From: a virus
Reading direction: 5' to 3' (one strand)
DNA: 64,000 nucleotides
IMG/VR virus record: IMGVR_UViG_3300030616_000016
Span: 70,561-134,560 of that record
Notes under the pieces: model-generated
The model's input: the letters and a program-made list of their open reading frames with translations, nothing else
What the model was told of the DNA's origin: nothing
Databases searched by the model: none
Shown: positions 38,447 through 47,784 of the stretch, in pieces
Position numbering within the stretch: the stretch's first letter is position 1
Layout of the letters: each line of letters begins with the position of its first letter
Made by a program: the position numbers and the translations under genes

Positions 38447-38770
38447 TTATTCCATGATTTTAATGTGTGGTTTGGTTATTTTCTCGAACCTTACGTTGTC
38501 TTGATATAAAGTTGTATCAGTTAAATCAGGCTTTTCTTTTGGCTTTTCATCCTTGTTTTCTTTGCCATTTATGGTGACTTCGAAGCGTTTTAACATGCTT
38601 TTAGGAAGCACTTCTCTTGCTACTTTTCTGTATAATTCTGCCTCCTGAGGCTTGGTTTTCATTAGTTTAACAAGAGATGACATGGCTTTATCATGGCCAT
38701 TTTCTTTGAGTTCTTTTACCAAGTTTTCGTACTTTTCTCTTGCTTTCTGCTTCTTTTCTGCGCGTGTCAT
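38447..38770 (-). CDS. Lys/Glu-rich hypothetical protein (107 aa)
   Basis: minus-strand ORF. Confidence 0.4.
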   Translation of the reverse strand: MTRAEKKQKAREKYENLVKELKENGHDKAMSSLVKLMKTKPQEAELYRKVAREVLPKSMLKRFEVTINGKENKDEKPKEKPDLTDTTLYQDNVRFEKITKPHIKIME

Positions 38771-38936
38771 TGACTGCTCCTAAAAAATAGATACTGTTTT
38801 TGGTGTCACAAATTTCCAACTAGTTCGACACCAATATTGCTACTAGGATTGAAATTGCCAGAAATCCCCTTATTATAATAGGATTTCTTACACCTCTAGT
38901 GCCAGTTGCCCCAAACGGTTAGTTTTTGAGCAAAAA

Positions 38937-39185
38937 TTATTTTTTGTTCATTTTTATAGACTTCATATTGAACACAAGAACTTCGTCTTTATCAGAGATT
39001 CTTGTGTCAAGATCGTCTACTATTACACCATTCAGAATAACAATTCCATCTTTAGCAATTTGATTTACTTCTGACTTCTTCATTCCCTTAGATAGTAAAT
39101 CAAGAATAGTTGCTTGCTTTTTGACACGTATATCCTCAGATCTACTGACAAGAATACGTGCGCCAACTCTTAGACGTACCTTCAT
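38937..39185 (-). CDS. small protein (82 aa), possibly S4-like RNA-binding
   Basis: VRLRVGARILVSRSE...ILNGVIV resembles the S4 RLD..L...SR...V.VNG pattern (weak). Confidence 0.3.
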   Translation of the reverse strand: MKVRLRVGARILVSRSEDIRVKKQATILDLLSKGMKKSEVNQIAKDGIVILNGVIVDDLDTRISDKDEVLVFNMKSIKMNKK

Positions 39186-39254
39186 GTTGCACCCTCAGTG
39201 TATTTTATGATTATCTTGTAGATTAGCATAATCATATTATAGCACATCCAGATG

Positions 39255-39713
39255 CTAAGTCCAACGAAATAATTTTGAATCTAGAAACAGATGCACTAAC
39301 CATCCGATGGACATAGAGATACAAATTAAAAGAATATTTACAAGTTCTTCGTCTGTATCTTTCCTTAAACAGTATACCATGACAAACGCTATTGTAGGGC
39401 AAAGTATAGCAAAGACTTGTGAATGCATGTATCCACGGTGTTTTGAAGTTTGTGGAAGCAGTGCACATATTGCTACTATATTGGCAATAGCATGTTGTTT
39501 AACAATGAACATGATTAGAAGCGCCAGACAAACAAAACGATTGAACCATCTTTGTGGAATGGATCCAATGTCGAGGTCTGGGATTAGTGAACCACTGAAT
39601 GTGAACAAGCCGCACGCTATTGCTATATCTGGTTTATGACATAAATAGTATGCGCCTGTAGATGTAGCAATGGAAGTTAGTACTCCCATACTACAATGTG
39701 CTTTGAAATTCAT
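39255..39713 (-). CDS. membrane-bound metal-dependent hydrolase (DUF457/YdjM-like)
   Basis: Multiple TM helices and SKHRGYMHS (HRGxxHS motif). Confidence 0.5.
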   Translation of the reverse strand: MNFKAHCSMGVLTSIATSTGAYYLCHKPDIAIACGLFTFSGSLIPDLDIGSIPQRWFNRFVCLALLIMFIVKQHAIANIVAICALLPQTSKHRGYMHSQVFAILCPTIAFVMVYCLRKDTDEELVNILLICISMSIGWLVHLFLDSKLFRWT

Positions 39714-39726
39714 TGTCATTCTCCAA

Positions 39727-40083
39727 TTAGAACACATTGCCTTCCATATCGCTTGCCCATCGACTTACTATATCTTCTGATTCTTCAAGACTCATCTGAG
39801 TAATACGGGCAATTAGTATGACTGTAGCGTTAGATACTTCTTTGTCATTACTAACATTTTTGCCTATATTGTCCTTAAATGAATTTTCAATGAACTTAAG
39901 TGCCTGTTCTTTATCAGCTTCATAGGCGCTTTTTATTATCATGAACGCCGCGTCTATGTTTCTCATCATAGCAAGAAGTATTTTCTGATTATCCAGGTTA
40001 TAGATCATATCATAGCCGATGCTTCTTGCAATTTCTTCCATAAGTTTATTTTTGCATTCTGACATTTTGCTACTCCTTCTCAT
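39727..40083 (-). CDS. hypothetical protein (118 aa)
   Basis: minus-strand ORF. Confidence 0.4.
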   Translation of the reverse strand: MRRSSKMSECKNKLMEEIARSIGYDMIYNLDNQKILLAMMRNIDAAFMIIKSAYEADKEQALKFIENSFKDNIGKNVSNDKEVSNATVILIARITQMSLEESEDIVSRWASDMEGNVF

Positions 40084-40414
40084 CTTCGTTTACTAAGTGT
40101 GGGAATTTATTCACAATTATCTTGCATTGTAGTACTGACTCAAGTTTTCTGATTGTGTCCTTTGTTGTACATACTTCTAAACCGATTGATCTGTCGCCGC
40201 ATAAGTAGAACTGATCGTTTGCTTTTAGTAAGGTACCAGCAGCAAATGCAACGCTCTTATCTTCTTTCTCATCAAGAAGCTCGTCGCTTCTGGTTAAGTG
40301 ATTAAGATTATATTCAATGAATCGCATATCGCCACCTGTTGTTTCAAGAAACTTTATAACGATATTGTTCTTTCTATGAATATCTTCCACCGATAGTATC
40401 TTTTTATTGTGCAT
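40070..40414 (-). CDS. hypothetical protein (114 aa)
   Basis: minus-strand ORF. Confidence 0.4.
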   Translation of the reverse strand: MHNKKILSVEDIHRKNNIVIKFLETTGGDMRFIEYNLNHLTRSDELLDEKEDKSVAFAAGTLLKANDQFYLCGDRSIGLEVCTTKDTIRKLESVLQCKIIVNKFPHLVNEDEKE

Positions 40415-40624
40415 TACCTTGCTCCTTGAAATCTTTATTGGTTATCATGTTACCATTTGCTCTATCTTTTGGAGGTACATAATTATGGTTTAGGGCCTCA
40501 TTTTTTGTAATGCCATGCTCCAATTCTACTCTATTCCAATCTATAAGATCTGATATGCTACTTAGAAAACGTACTGAATCATTTTTATCTTGCGACATCT
40601 TTATCTCCGATAATAATTCATTCT

Positions 40625-40985
40625 ATACATATGGTATATTTATTCTTCGTGATTCATTCGTTTGGCATGGTATTTCAATTTGCTTGATTCGCTAATGAGT
40701 AGTGGTGTTTCAATATTTTTGGCTCATTTTAATACTTTGTTCTATTCTTTCATATGATTCATTCCTTGGTCCTGGTATTTTAGGGCTGATGGCTCATTCA
40801 GTACAATTGGTATTTTCGTGTTCATAATTCATTCTTGTTGTTTGGTATTTCCACCAAGATGACTCATTCTAATAAAGTGGTTGTTCAAATAAAGTGATTC
40901 ATTCTTCCACGTTGATGTATTCAATTGCATAGTTCATTCTTTTCTTGTGATATTTCGTGTAGATTGATTCATTCATGAAAACTAT
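40625..40985. repeat. Degenerate tandem array, about 10 units of about 33-34 bp, consensus TGGTATTTC-N7-8-TGATTCATTC-N7-8
   Basis: Read directly: GATTCATTC recurs about 9 times and GGTATTT about 8 times with regular phasing. Confidence 0.7.
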
Positions 40986-41610
40986 GATATTCACTCCAGA
41001 ATAACTTTTCTCTGTAATCCTTACATGCTTTCATGTATTCTTCTAAAGTCTGTAGAAATGATTTCTGTTCTTTTCTATTGTATGTTATAGGCATAGGAGG
41101 AAATCTTTTTATATATTCCTCTTGCTTTTTCTTTTGTATCTTCTTACGCCTATTTTTTCTTGCAAGTTTTCTTCTTGCTTTCATGCGTTGTGTTTTATTA
41201 AGTTGTACAATTTCACTTGTAATTGTTCTTCTATGAATAATCCACGATTTCCTAAGTTCTTGTTTAAATTCCTTAAAGAAATCCCATTCTTCTATAGCTC
41301 TGATTTTTCTTTTGAGACGCCTTCTTATTTTAATCCTTGATTTTCTAATGTGATTAAGTGTGAATATTTTACTACTTATATCTTTGGGCTCATGTTTATC
41401 GAATCCTGGTATCCAGTTATATTCACACCATAGGGTAAGATCTTTTGTAATTTGTTGAACATGCTCGTAATCTGGTTTTACATAATATGTTCTATATTCT
41501 GGAAGATAATGATTGTTTCTTTGTTCTTCAACGAGTTTGTTTGCTACAATAATTACGCAGCCTTTTAGTGATTTTATTAGATGTTCTCTAACAGATTTTG
41601 TTCGATTCAT
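40969..41610 (-). CDS. highly basic protein (213 aa; R/K-rich tracts such as IKIRRRLKRKIR and RMKARRKLARKNRRKKIQKKKQ), candidate DNA-binding protein
   Basis: Minus-strand ORF between the two repeat arrays. Confidence 0.5.
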   Translation of the reverse strand: MNRTKSVREHLIKSLKGCVIIVANKLVEEQRNNHYLPEYRTYYVKPDYEHVQQITKDLTLWCEYNWIPGFDKHEPKDISSKIFTLNHIRKSRIKIRRRLKRKIRAIEEWDFFKEFKQELRKSWIIHRRTITSEIVQLNKTQRMKARRKLARKNRRKKIQKKKQEEYIKRFPPMPITYNRKEQKSFLQTLEEYMKACKDYREKLFWSEYHSFHE

Positions 41611-41637
41611 TTAGTTTATCCTTATATACAATATGCT

Positions 41638-42030
41638 TTAGAACAAAAACCTTACGTTTGGATACTCCTTGAGACATTCAAGACCGGGTTTGATTACTTC
41701 CTGGAAGATATTATATCTGTTAGCTAGCCCGCCACCTAATCTGCTAATTAAGAAGATATAATCATCATATTCTTCTATTCTTCTCTCTAGCTTGGCTAGT
41801 TCTGTTTGGAATTTAGGCTTATATTCTTCTGGCTTATAAAAGCTACCGTCATTGTTATTAGGCGCCTTCTTTGTTACGAATCCATATGTATTTGGCATAT
41901 CACGCAGCTTAGCAGCTCCGCCATATCCCTTATGTAATAGATTGTCGCCAAATACAAATATTTCATATCTATGTCTCTTTAAATAGGCCCTTGTTATTTT
42001 TGTCTCACCGCCGCTTCTATTAGATTCCAT
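41638..42030 (-). CDS. hypothetical protein (130 aa) with an IFVFGDNLLHKGYGGAAK motif
   Basis: Minus-strand ORF. The G-rich motif is reminiscent of Rossmann-like nucleotide-processing folds, but the family is not identified. Confidence 0.45.
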   Translation of the reverse strand: MESNRSGGETKITRAYLKRHRYEIFVFGDNLLHKGYGGAAKLRDMPNTYGFVTKKAPNNNDGSFYKPEEYKPKFQTELAKLERRIEEYDDYIFLISRLGGGLANRYNIFQEVIKPGLECLKEYPNVRFLF

Positions 42031-42079
42031 TTATATCTCCCTTAATAAATTTGAGCCGCAATTATTACGCAGGATTCAA

Positions 42080-42298
42080 TTGAGAGCAGAGGTAGTTGGT
42101 GTCCAATGTCTGTTGGTCAATCCTGCTTACACATCCCAGACTTGTTCAAAGTGTGGTTATGTCCACAAGCTCAATCGGAATGGTGAGATATTTAATTGCA
42201 GGAATTGTGGCTGCAAAGGGGATGCTGATTTAAATGCATCTCGAAATATCTTGAATCTTGGATTGGCTCAGGAGTCTATAGTCCCTGAAAAAACATAA
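42080..42298 (+). pseudogene. TnpB 3' fragment (RuvC-III plus zinc finger only), divergent from the full tnpB at 21.9 kb
   Basis: VNPAYTSQTCSKCGYVHKLNRNGEIFNCRNCGCKGDADLNASRNILNLGL; there is no N-terminal portion. Confidence 0.6.
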
Positions 42299-42329
42299 AA
42301 GAATATTCCTCTATAAATATTCTAACTAT

Positions 42330-42920
42330 TGGTGTTTTCCTTTTTGTGATTCATTCATTATAACTGATGTTTCTATAAGTGTGATTCATTCTTTAATAAT
42401 GGTAATTTAATGGCTTTGATTCATTTTTCCCCAATGGTATTTCTTATGTAATTATTCATTCTTTATACTTGATATTGTGACTACATTGATTCATTTGTAT
42501 GGACTGGTATTTCATATTTAGTGATTCACTCACTTATTTTGGTATTTCCATGGGTGTGGTTCATTCCGGCATGATGGTACTTCTAGGCAATTAATTCATT
42601 CTTATAGTCTGGTACATTGTCCTATCTGATTCATTCCTTCTTTATGGTATTTCGTGACTGATAATTCATTCTGTTCAGCTGGTATTTTGGAGCTTATGAT
42701 TCGTTCGCAATTAATGGTACTTTCTGATTTATAACTCATTTTCTCCGAATGGTATTTCAGATTGAGTGATTCATTTGTTCATGTTGAATTATTGTGCAAA
42801 GTGATTCATTCTCGCGACATGGTATTTTGGGGCTAATGATTCATTCATAATATATGATATTTTTTGGATAATGATTCGTTCATGTTGCATGGTAATTCTA
42901 GGACGCTGACTCGCTCCAAG
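42330..42920. repeat. Second degenerate tandem array, about 17 units of about 33-34 bp, same consensus (TGGTATTTC ... TGATTCATTC) and same orientation as array 1
   Basis: Read directly; ATTCATTC and GGTATTTC cores alternate with variable 7-8-nt spacers. Confidence 0.7.
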
Positions 42921-43009
42921 GGCTTGTAATCTTAACGGATTTGGCTTATGCTATTTATTAGTAAAACAGGGCAAGCCATTGTAGCTTGCCCTGTAATATA
43001 TTCTTCATA

Positions 43010-44020
43010 TTACCAAGGCCAGTTAGGGACCTCGATCTTATGAACATGTTTCAAGTGATCGAATGCATAAGGCTGGAAAGGCGCTTCGACGCCATAATGA
43101 GCACGATAAGCAACTTCCCACCAGTGAGACAGGAATATCTTAGTAGCCCATCTCTTACTTCTCATATGAATCTGACTATTGGGGAGCTTGCCTTCGCGAT
43201 ATATTGCCCTCTGTTTATGACCAGGCACTCTTCGAAGAACTTCTCGTGCAATATGCGCATATTCCTTGGCTTCATTCTTACGCGACTCGATAATCTTCCT
43301 TTCAACAACAAGATGTCCATAGAGATCTTTTGGATTGTTGCATGTCATATTGAAAGACTCACCGATTTTCCAGCAGAGTGTTTTCAGTTCTGAATTCCAG
43401 GGACGCATTGACAGACCTCTGTAAAGCGTCTTGCCTGTATGAACTCCGCCTCCTTTCTGTAATGAGAGACGAAGTGCGGTAGCTGCTTTGATTCCTCCGG
43501 CTTCTTGTATCGCATTTGCTACCTTAATAGCATCTTCTTCAGATACTCTTCTTGTACTATCAGGATTAATACCGGCTTCGTCAACCATGATTTCTCTTGT
43601 AACTTTCTTGCCAAGCCAGCGCTTTCCGTCTACAAGACCAGCATAGCTATAGATATGTCCTGGAGTCTTAGCTTTGTCCATATCTATATGGGCAATAAGA
43701 CCGGCGCTGATAACAGGGCCAATACCTACAACTGATTGAGCCCATGTACCAATTTTTGTTGATAATGAGAAATGATTGAGCGCGAGCTTCACCTGATTCT
43801 CAAGACGCTCCGCATTCTTAAGAAACCAATCAAGCACTTCCATTGGAGGGTCGTCTACGCCCTGCTCTGCTGCTCTAAGCTGACCAGCAAGCCTGATTCT
43901 CTGGTTCTGCATGGTATAATAACTATCTACCAGATAGCGGGCTTCCTGACGCGTAATCTTTCTTGACGCGTTTCTTATGTCTTTACCTACTCTTTCAATA
44001 ATTTCTTCAATAGCCATCAC
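43010..44020 (-). CDS. hypothetical Trp-rich protein (336 aa) with a Transposase_20-like helix-hairpin-helix motif; locally GC-rich
   Basis: VVGIGPVISAGLIAHIDMDKAKTPGHIYSYAGLV resembles the IS110-family C-terminal HhH (PGIG..tA..L.A...D..RF.s...L.sYAGL). No DEDD N-terminal domain was recognised. Confidence 0.45.
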   Translation of the reverse strand: MMAIEEIIERVGKDIRNASRKITRQEARYLVDSYYTMQNQRIRLAGQLRAAEQGVDDPPMEVLDWFLKNAERLENQVKLALNHFSLSTKIGTWAQSVVGIGPVISAGLIAHIDMDKAKTPGHIYSYAGLVDGKRWLGKKVTREIMVDEAGINPDSTRRVSEEDAIKVANAIQEAGGIKAATALRLSLQKGGGVHTGKTLYRGLSMRPWNSELKTLCWKIGESFNMTCNNPKDLYGHLVVERKIIESRKNEAKEYAHIAREVLRRVPGHKQRAIYREGKLPNSQIHMRSKRWATKIFLSHWWEVAYRAHYGVEAPFQPYAFDHLKHVHKIEVPNWPW

Positions 44021-44038
44021 AATGTCTCCAAAAATTAA

Positions 44039-45196
44039 TTAAAGCATGTTTACCATGCTATTATATAGACCCGCATACTCTTGCGGGCCTGAACGTTTGC
44101 CTGGGTTATCGGACAATTTAACAGTAGGAACAAAGCCCTCTCTATTATATGAACAGGCAGTCATTTTAATAACGATATTAAGAGGATCTACTCCAACATC
44201 ATTAGTGAAATTAGTGCCTATACCATATACTGTTTTGATTCTTTTGTTTACATATTCTTCTATCTCAAGAACCTTGTCAACATCAAGAGAGTCTGAGAAT
44301 ACAATGGTTTTTGTACTTGGATCTATACCAAGGCTCTCATAGTGTTTTATTATTTTGTCAGCAAATTCCATAGGATCGCCTGAATCTTGCCTTACACCAT
44401 CCCAAAGACTCGCTCTGACATAATCAAATGATCTTAGAAACCAATCAGTTGTATAAGTATCAGTAAGCGCTATGCCTAGTTTGCCCTTATATGTCTCTGC
44501 CCATTTATCAAGGGCAATAGAAGTAGCCATTTGAGGACCAAATATGGCGCCGTGGAACATAAACCACTCATGAGCTTGTGTGCCAATTGGTCGCATGTTA
44601 TGAGTGGTTGCTAATAATACATTACTTGTACCAAGACAGTATTGTGAAATTTGTTTTCTTGTAGACATGTCATCCAGAAGTTCATTCTGTACACCAAATG
44701 AAAATCTGCGTCTGGTTCCGAATTCTATGAAGTTGACTTTGTGCTTGATGAGTTTGTCAACCTTGTCTACATTTGTTTTATATCTTTCTTTCCTGAACTT
44801 AGGCGCTATACCAAGCTTAAGATAGTATAGCTCGCTAATAGCCGCTAATAGCGGTACTTCCCATAGTATAGCAGAATACCATGGCCCGCATATTTCTACT
44901 TTGAGATCTTCGTCTGTTTGTGTAACACATACTTCATTAGGATTGAATCGATGATGTCGTAGGTATTCTAGATATGTTGAATCAAAGACTCCAATCTTTC
45001 GCATAGCTGTAATACTATCGTCTATAAAGTATGTATGTTGCATATGATCAATAAACTCATTTAATTCCTTTTGCATACTTTCAGGGAACTCAGTCTTTGT
45101 TCTTGACTTGAATTCATATTTTACTAATGCAGATGGATAGTGTTTAAGTACTGCATTTTGCATGGCGAACTTATAGAAATCATTGTCTGCTGCCAT
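44039..45196 (-). CDS. pncB: nicotinate phosphoribosyltransferase (NAPRTase, PncB-type)
   Basis: FIEFGTRRRFS, LGTSNVLLA and VRQDSGDP signatures of the NaPRTase family. Confidence 0.8.
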   Translation of the reverse strand: MAADNDFYKFAMQNAVLKHYPSALVKYEFKSRTKTEFPESMQKELNEFIDHMQHTYFIDDSITAMRKIGVFDSTYLEYLRHHRFNPNEVCVTQTDEDLKVEICGPWYSAILWEVPLLAAISELYYLKLGIAPKFRKERYKTNVDKVDKLIKHKVNFIEFGTRRRFSFGVQNELLDDMSTRKQISQYCLGTSNVLLATTHNMRPIGTQAHEWFMFHGAIFGPQMATSIALDKWAETYKGKLGIALTDTYTTDWFLRSFDYVRASLWDGVRQDSGDPMEFADKIIKHYESLGIDPSTKTIVFSDSLDVDKVLEIEEYVNKRIKTVYGIGTNFTNDVGVDPLNIVIKMTACSYNREGFVPTVKLSDNPGKRSGPQEYAGLYNSMVNML

Positions 45197-45219
45197 TGTT
45201 ATCTCCGATAATGAATATG

Positions 45220-45702
45220 TTAATATATAGCATCTAATCCTTCACCTGCACGAAATATTTCTGCCTTTTCTATGGCTTCTAATAAACCCTTACATTCACA
45301 ACCGCAATGTATACATATTGCTAATTCTTTTGGATCTACTCGATCTTTCTTATTCAAAAGCTCATTGTTAAATTCTCTGGATCCACAGTAATTACATTGT
45401 GCTCTAAATACTTCTTCAAGTAACCAAGTAGAAATACCCTCTTTCCCTGTTGTGCATGTATGTTCTGGCTCCATACTTGTCAGATGGATATAATCATTTG
45501 GATAAGTTATAGTTTCTGTTCTTATAACTCTATGAAAATATCCAATACATTTCCTTAGTTGTTCTCGATAATCGCTATCTGGGCCAAGATCATCTGCTAT
45601 TTCATATGGTAATAGAATTTCTCCAACATTATATGTTTCCATGACTACTCCATCCCGATGGTATCTATGAAGTATTGTCCATCTCTTAATAATGTCACAC
45701 AA
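45220..45702 (-). CDS. hypothetical Cys-rich protein (160 aa)
   Basis: C-terminus has CNYCGS...CIHCGCEC. Confidence 0.4.
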   Translation of the reverse strand: MCDIIKRWTILHRYHRDGVVMETYNVGEILLPYEIADDLGPDSDYREQLRKCIGYFHRVIRTETITYPNDYIHLTSMEPEHTCTTGKEGISTWLLEEVFRAQCNYCGSREFNNELLNKKDRVDPKELAICIHCGCECKGLLEAIEKAEIFRAGEGLDAIY

Positions 45703-46205
45703 GAATGTTTGGATAATAGTTCGCGTGTATCAAATGGCTCTGTAATTATATGACAGCCATTTAAGGTATCAATTTTGGCTACTTGATTATCAGAAGGAAG
45801 TAGATTCATGATATCGATTATTGTATCTTGATCTGTAGTATCTACATCAAGCATAAACATCTTATCACTATGTGCATGCTCTTTTTGCATTAGAGCAGTG
45901 CGCCACCATGAATCAATAGAAGCTGATATTTCTGGATGGTCAATCATCTTCTTCATAAGCCATTTCATTGCTGCTTCACAATTACGGCTATTGACAGTCT
46001 TGTAAATACGCCACATTCCTCCCCTAATAGTGAGTTCTTCTTTAAGAATTTCTAGATCTATATCATGATCTTTAATAACGCGACGAATACATTTAGGCTT
46101 ATTATCGTTTATCTCCTGGTCTTTATTTCTTCGAACTGCAATGAACAAATCCACAAACTTTGAATAAAATGTTGGCTCTTTGTTTGACATTTCTATTCCT
46201 TTCAC
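45645..46205 (-). CDS. hypothetical protein (186 aa)
   Basis: minus-strand ORF. Confidence 0.45.
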   Translation of the reverse strand: MKGIEMSNKEPTFYSKFVDLFIAVRRNKDQEINDNKPKCIRRVIKDHDIDLEILKEELTIRGGMWRIYKTVNSRNCEAAMKWLMKKMIDHPEISASIDSWWRTALMQKEHAHSDKMFMLDVDTTDQDTIIDIMNLLPSDNQVAKIDTLNGCHIITEPFDTRELLSKHSCVTLLRDGQYFIDTIGME

Positions 46206-46327
46206 AATAAATTGCCACAGAAGCTACCTAGCAATACAGAAATTGTGCCAAGAAGTAATCCTATGAGCAGTGGCCATACTGCTTCAAGCATCTTTTTAAA
46301 ATCTTCCATAATAATAACTCCTTGCAT

Positions 46328-46669
46328 TCAATTGACTGATTTGGATCCACAGTTTGGACATTCAAATAAGAGTTTAATATCATAGCCACAATAAAAGCAT
46401 TGATTATACGGCTCAAGATATTTTATAGTATTGACTGTATTAATAGTTGTGCCAAGTGCGACATTGCTATTAGGGTTTAGAGTGGCATTAGAAAGCTGAA
46501 ACATATTCCATTTTAATCTTTTAGTTATATATACATTGTGCTTATGAGTCCAATTGTATATATAATTCCTATGTACATCGGAAATATCTTCGTTACAAGT
46601 AAGTATGTTCTTGTGATATCTGACGCGTATGTGTCGCTTCATTACTTTTGCGGCTTCTCTATATTTCAT
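46328..46669 (-). CDS. member of the small zinc-ribbon paralog family (C-terminal CFYCG...CPNCGS)
   Basis: Shared N-terminal MKYREAAKV-type start and a C-terminal CxxCG-x8-CxNCG. Confidence 0.5.
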   Translation of the reverse strand: MKYREAAKVMKRHIRVRYHKNILTCNEDISDVHRNYIYNWTHKHNVYITKRLKWNMFQLSNATLNPNSNVALGTTINTVNTIKYLEPYNQCFYCGYDIKLLFECPNCGSKSVN

Positions 46670-46910
46670 TGTGATGGTCCATTTCCGAATACGACTCCGT
46701 CTCTGTACCCTTCTGTATGTCCAGCATTATATCCTGCCGCATAGGCTTTCTTTGCTAGTTCTTTTTGCTTTTTATCTTTTATACTAGCAGCTCTACACCA
46801 TTTCTTGAATTCCTTCTCACTGTATTCCATCATCCTCCTCCTCATAGCGGTCATCTTCAGTCATCTTATGGCGACTTAAGAATGCCCATATTATTATGAT
46901 TATCAATAAT

Positions 46911-47153
46911 TCAACCCCCATTGTTGTCTCCATCTACATGATGATTTTTGCAAATTCTTACCTTGTGTCCTTGATAGTCAATTTCTTTTGTATCCGCCAT
47001 GGCATTCAATCTGCCACAAATAATACATCTTCCAACTGACTTTCTCTTTTCAGCTATTTTATTGCCCAGCAATGCTTTACTATCATTATTTTTGCTCATA
47101 AAAATTCTCCTATTGGTTATGTTGTTGTCTGATAACATTAAGGAATGCATCAA
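46911..47153 (-). CDS. small zinc-binding hypothetical protein (80 aa)
   Basis: CIICG...H..VRICKNHH. Confidence 0.35.
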   Translation of the reverse strand: MMHSLMLSDNNITNRRIFMSKNNDSKALLGNKIAEKRKSVGRCIICGRLNAMADTKEIDYQGHKVRICKNHHVDGDNNGG

Positions 47154-47439
47154 TTCTATCAGAAGGTCTTTTGCGCAATTCTTGAATATAAATCGCGCGT
47201 CTTTTGGTAAGATTATCTATCCTCTCTTTTAGTTTCACTTCTTTCCTTGAAATATAAAACTTTCTTACTATTGGTGATAGAACAAACCATCTACTCTTTA
47301 GTTTTTCGTACTTTACTTTCAATAGCCATATTTCATCATTTAAATTGTTTATGGCAATAGATAAATCAGCACCTGACATTTTTGGAATAAGGTTAGTTTT
47401 CATGCTCTCTCCATATTTCATAATAATGTAGAGCCGCAT
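47110..47439 (-). CDS. hypothetical coiled-coil protein (109 aa)
   Basis: minus-strand ORF. Confidence 0.35.
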   Translation of the reverse strand: MRLYIIMKYGESMKTNLIPKMSGADLSIAINNLNDEIWLLKVKYEKLKSRWFVLSPIVRKFYISRKEVKLKERIDNLTKRRAIYIQELRKRPSDRIDAFLNVIRQQHNQ

Positions 47440-47777
47440 AAATCACAAATCTTCTGCTCTATATTAATATCTTTATTCCCACAAAATGGACATAATGCTA
47501 AATGAATGTTCTGAATGTCTGTTGATGTTAATGCTGCTGTATGCCAATAAGAGTCTATGACTATTGATTTATACTCCATGTGTATTCTAGATATTTTGAT
47601 ACTCTTGTTTGCTATAGTATTTGGAAGCCTGCATTGATACATTGTTGTACCATCTCCTTTATCATATATAGCACCATTAATAAGAGGAGAGTTTTCATCT
47701 TGTACATAAATTACAGACCATTGGTTTTCGTATGCAATAACACATTCTTCATAGGTCATTATGATACTCTCCTTCAA
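47418..47777 (-). CDS. zinc-ribbon paralog family member (LCPFCGNKDINIEQKICDLCGS)
   Basis: family signature. Confidence 0.5.
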   Translation of the reverse strand: MKESIIMTYEECVIAYENQWSVIYVQDENSPLINGAIYDKGDGTTMYQCRLPNTIANKSIKISRIHMEYKSIVIDSYWHTAALTSTDIQNIHLALCPFCGNKDINIEQKICDLCGSTLL

Positions 47778-47784
47778 TAATCAA

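Noticed and set aside
38937-39185. Second ubiquitin-like or ThiS-like protein
   Set aside because: It is small and beta-rich, but it ends ...SIKMNKK with no Gly-Gly. It fits an S4-like RNA-binding pattern better, so it is not linked to the Ubl system.
40625-42920. Possible CRISPR arrays next to the TnpB fragment
   Set aside because: The repeat cores are degenerate, the 'spacers' are only 7-8 nt, and the period is about 33 bp with two conserved cores per unit. This is inconsistent with CRISPR repeat-spacer architecture, and no cas genes are present.
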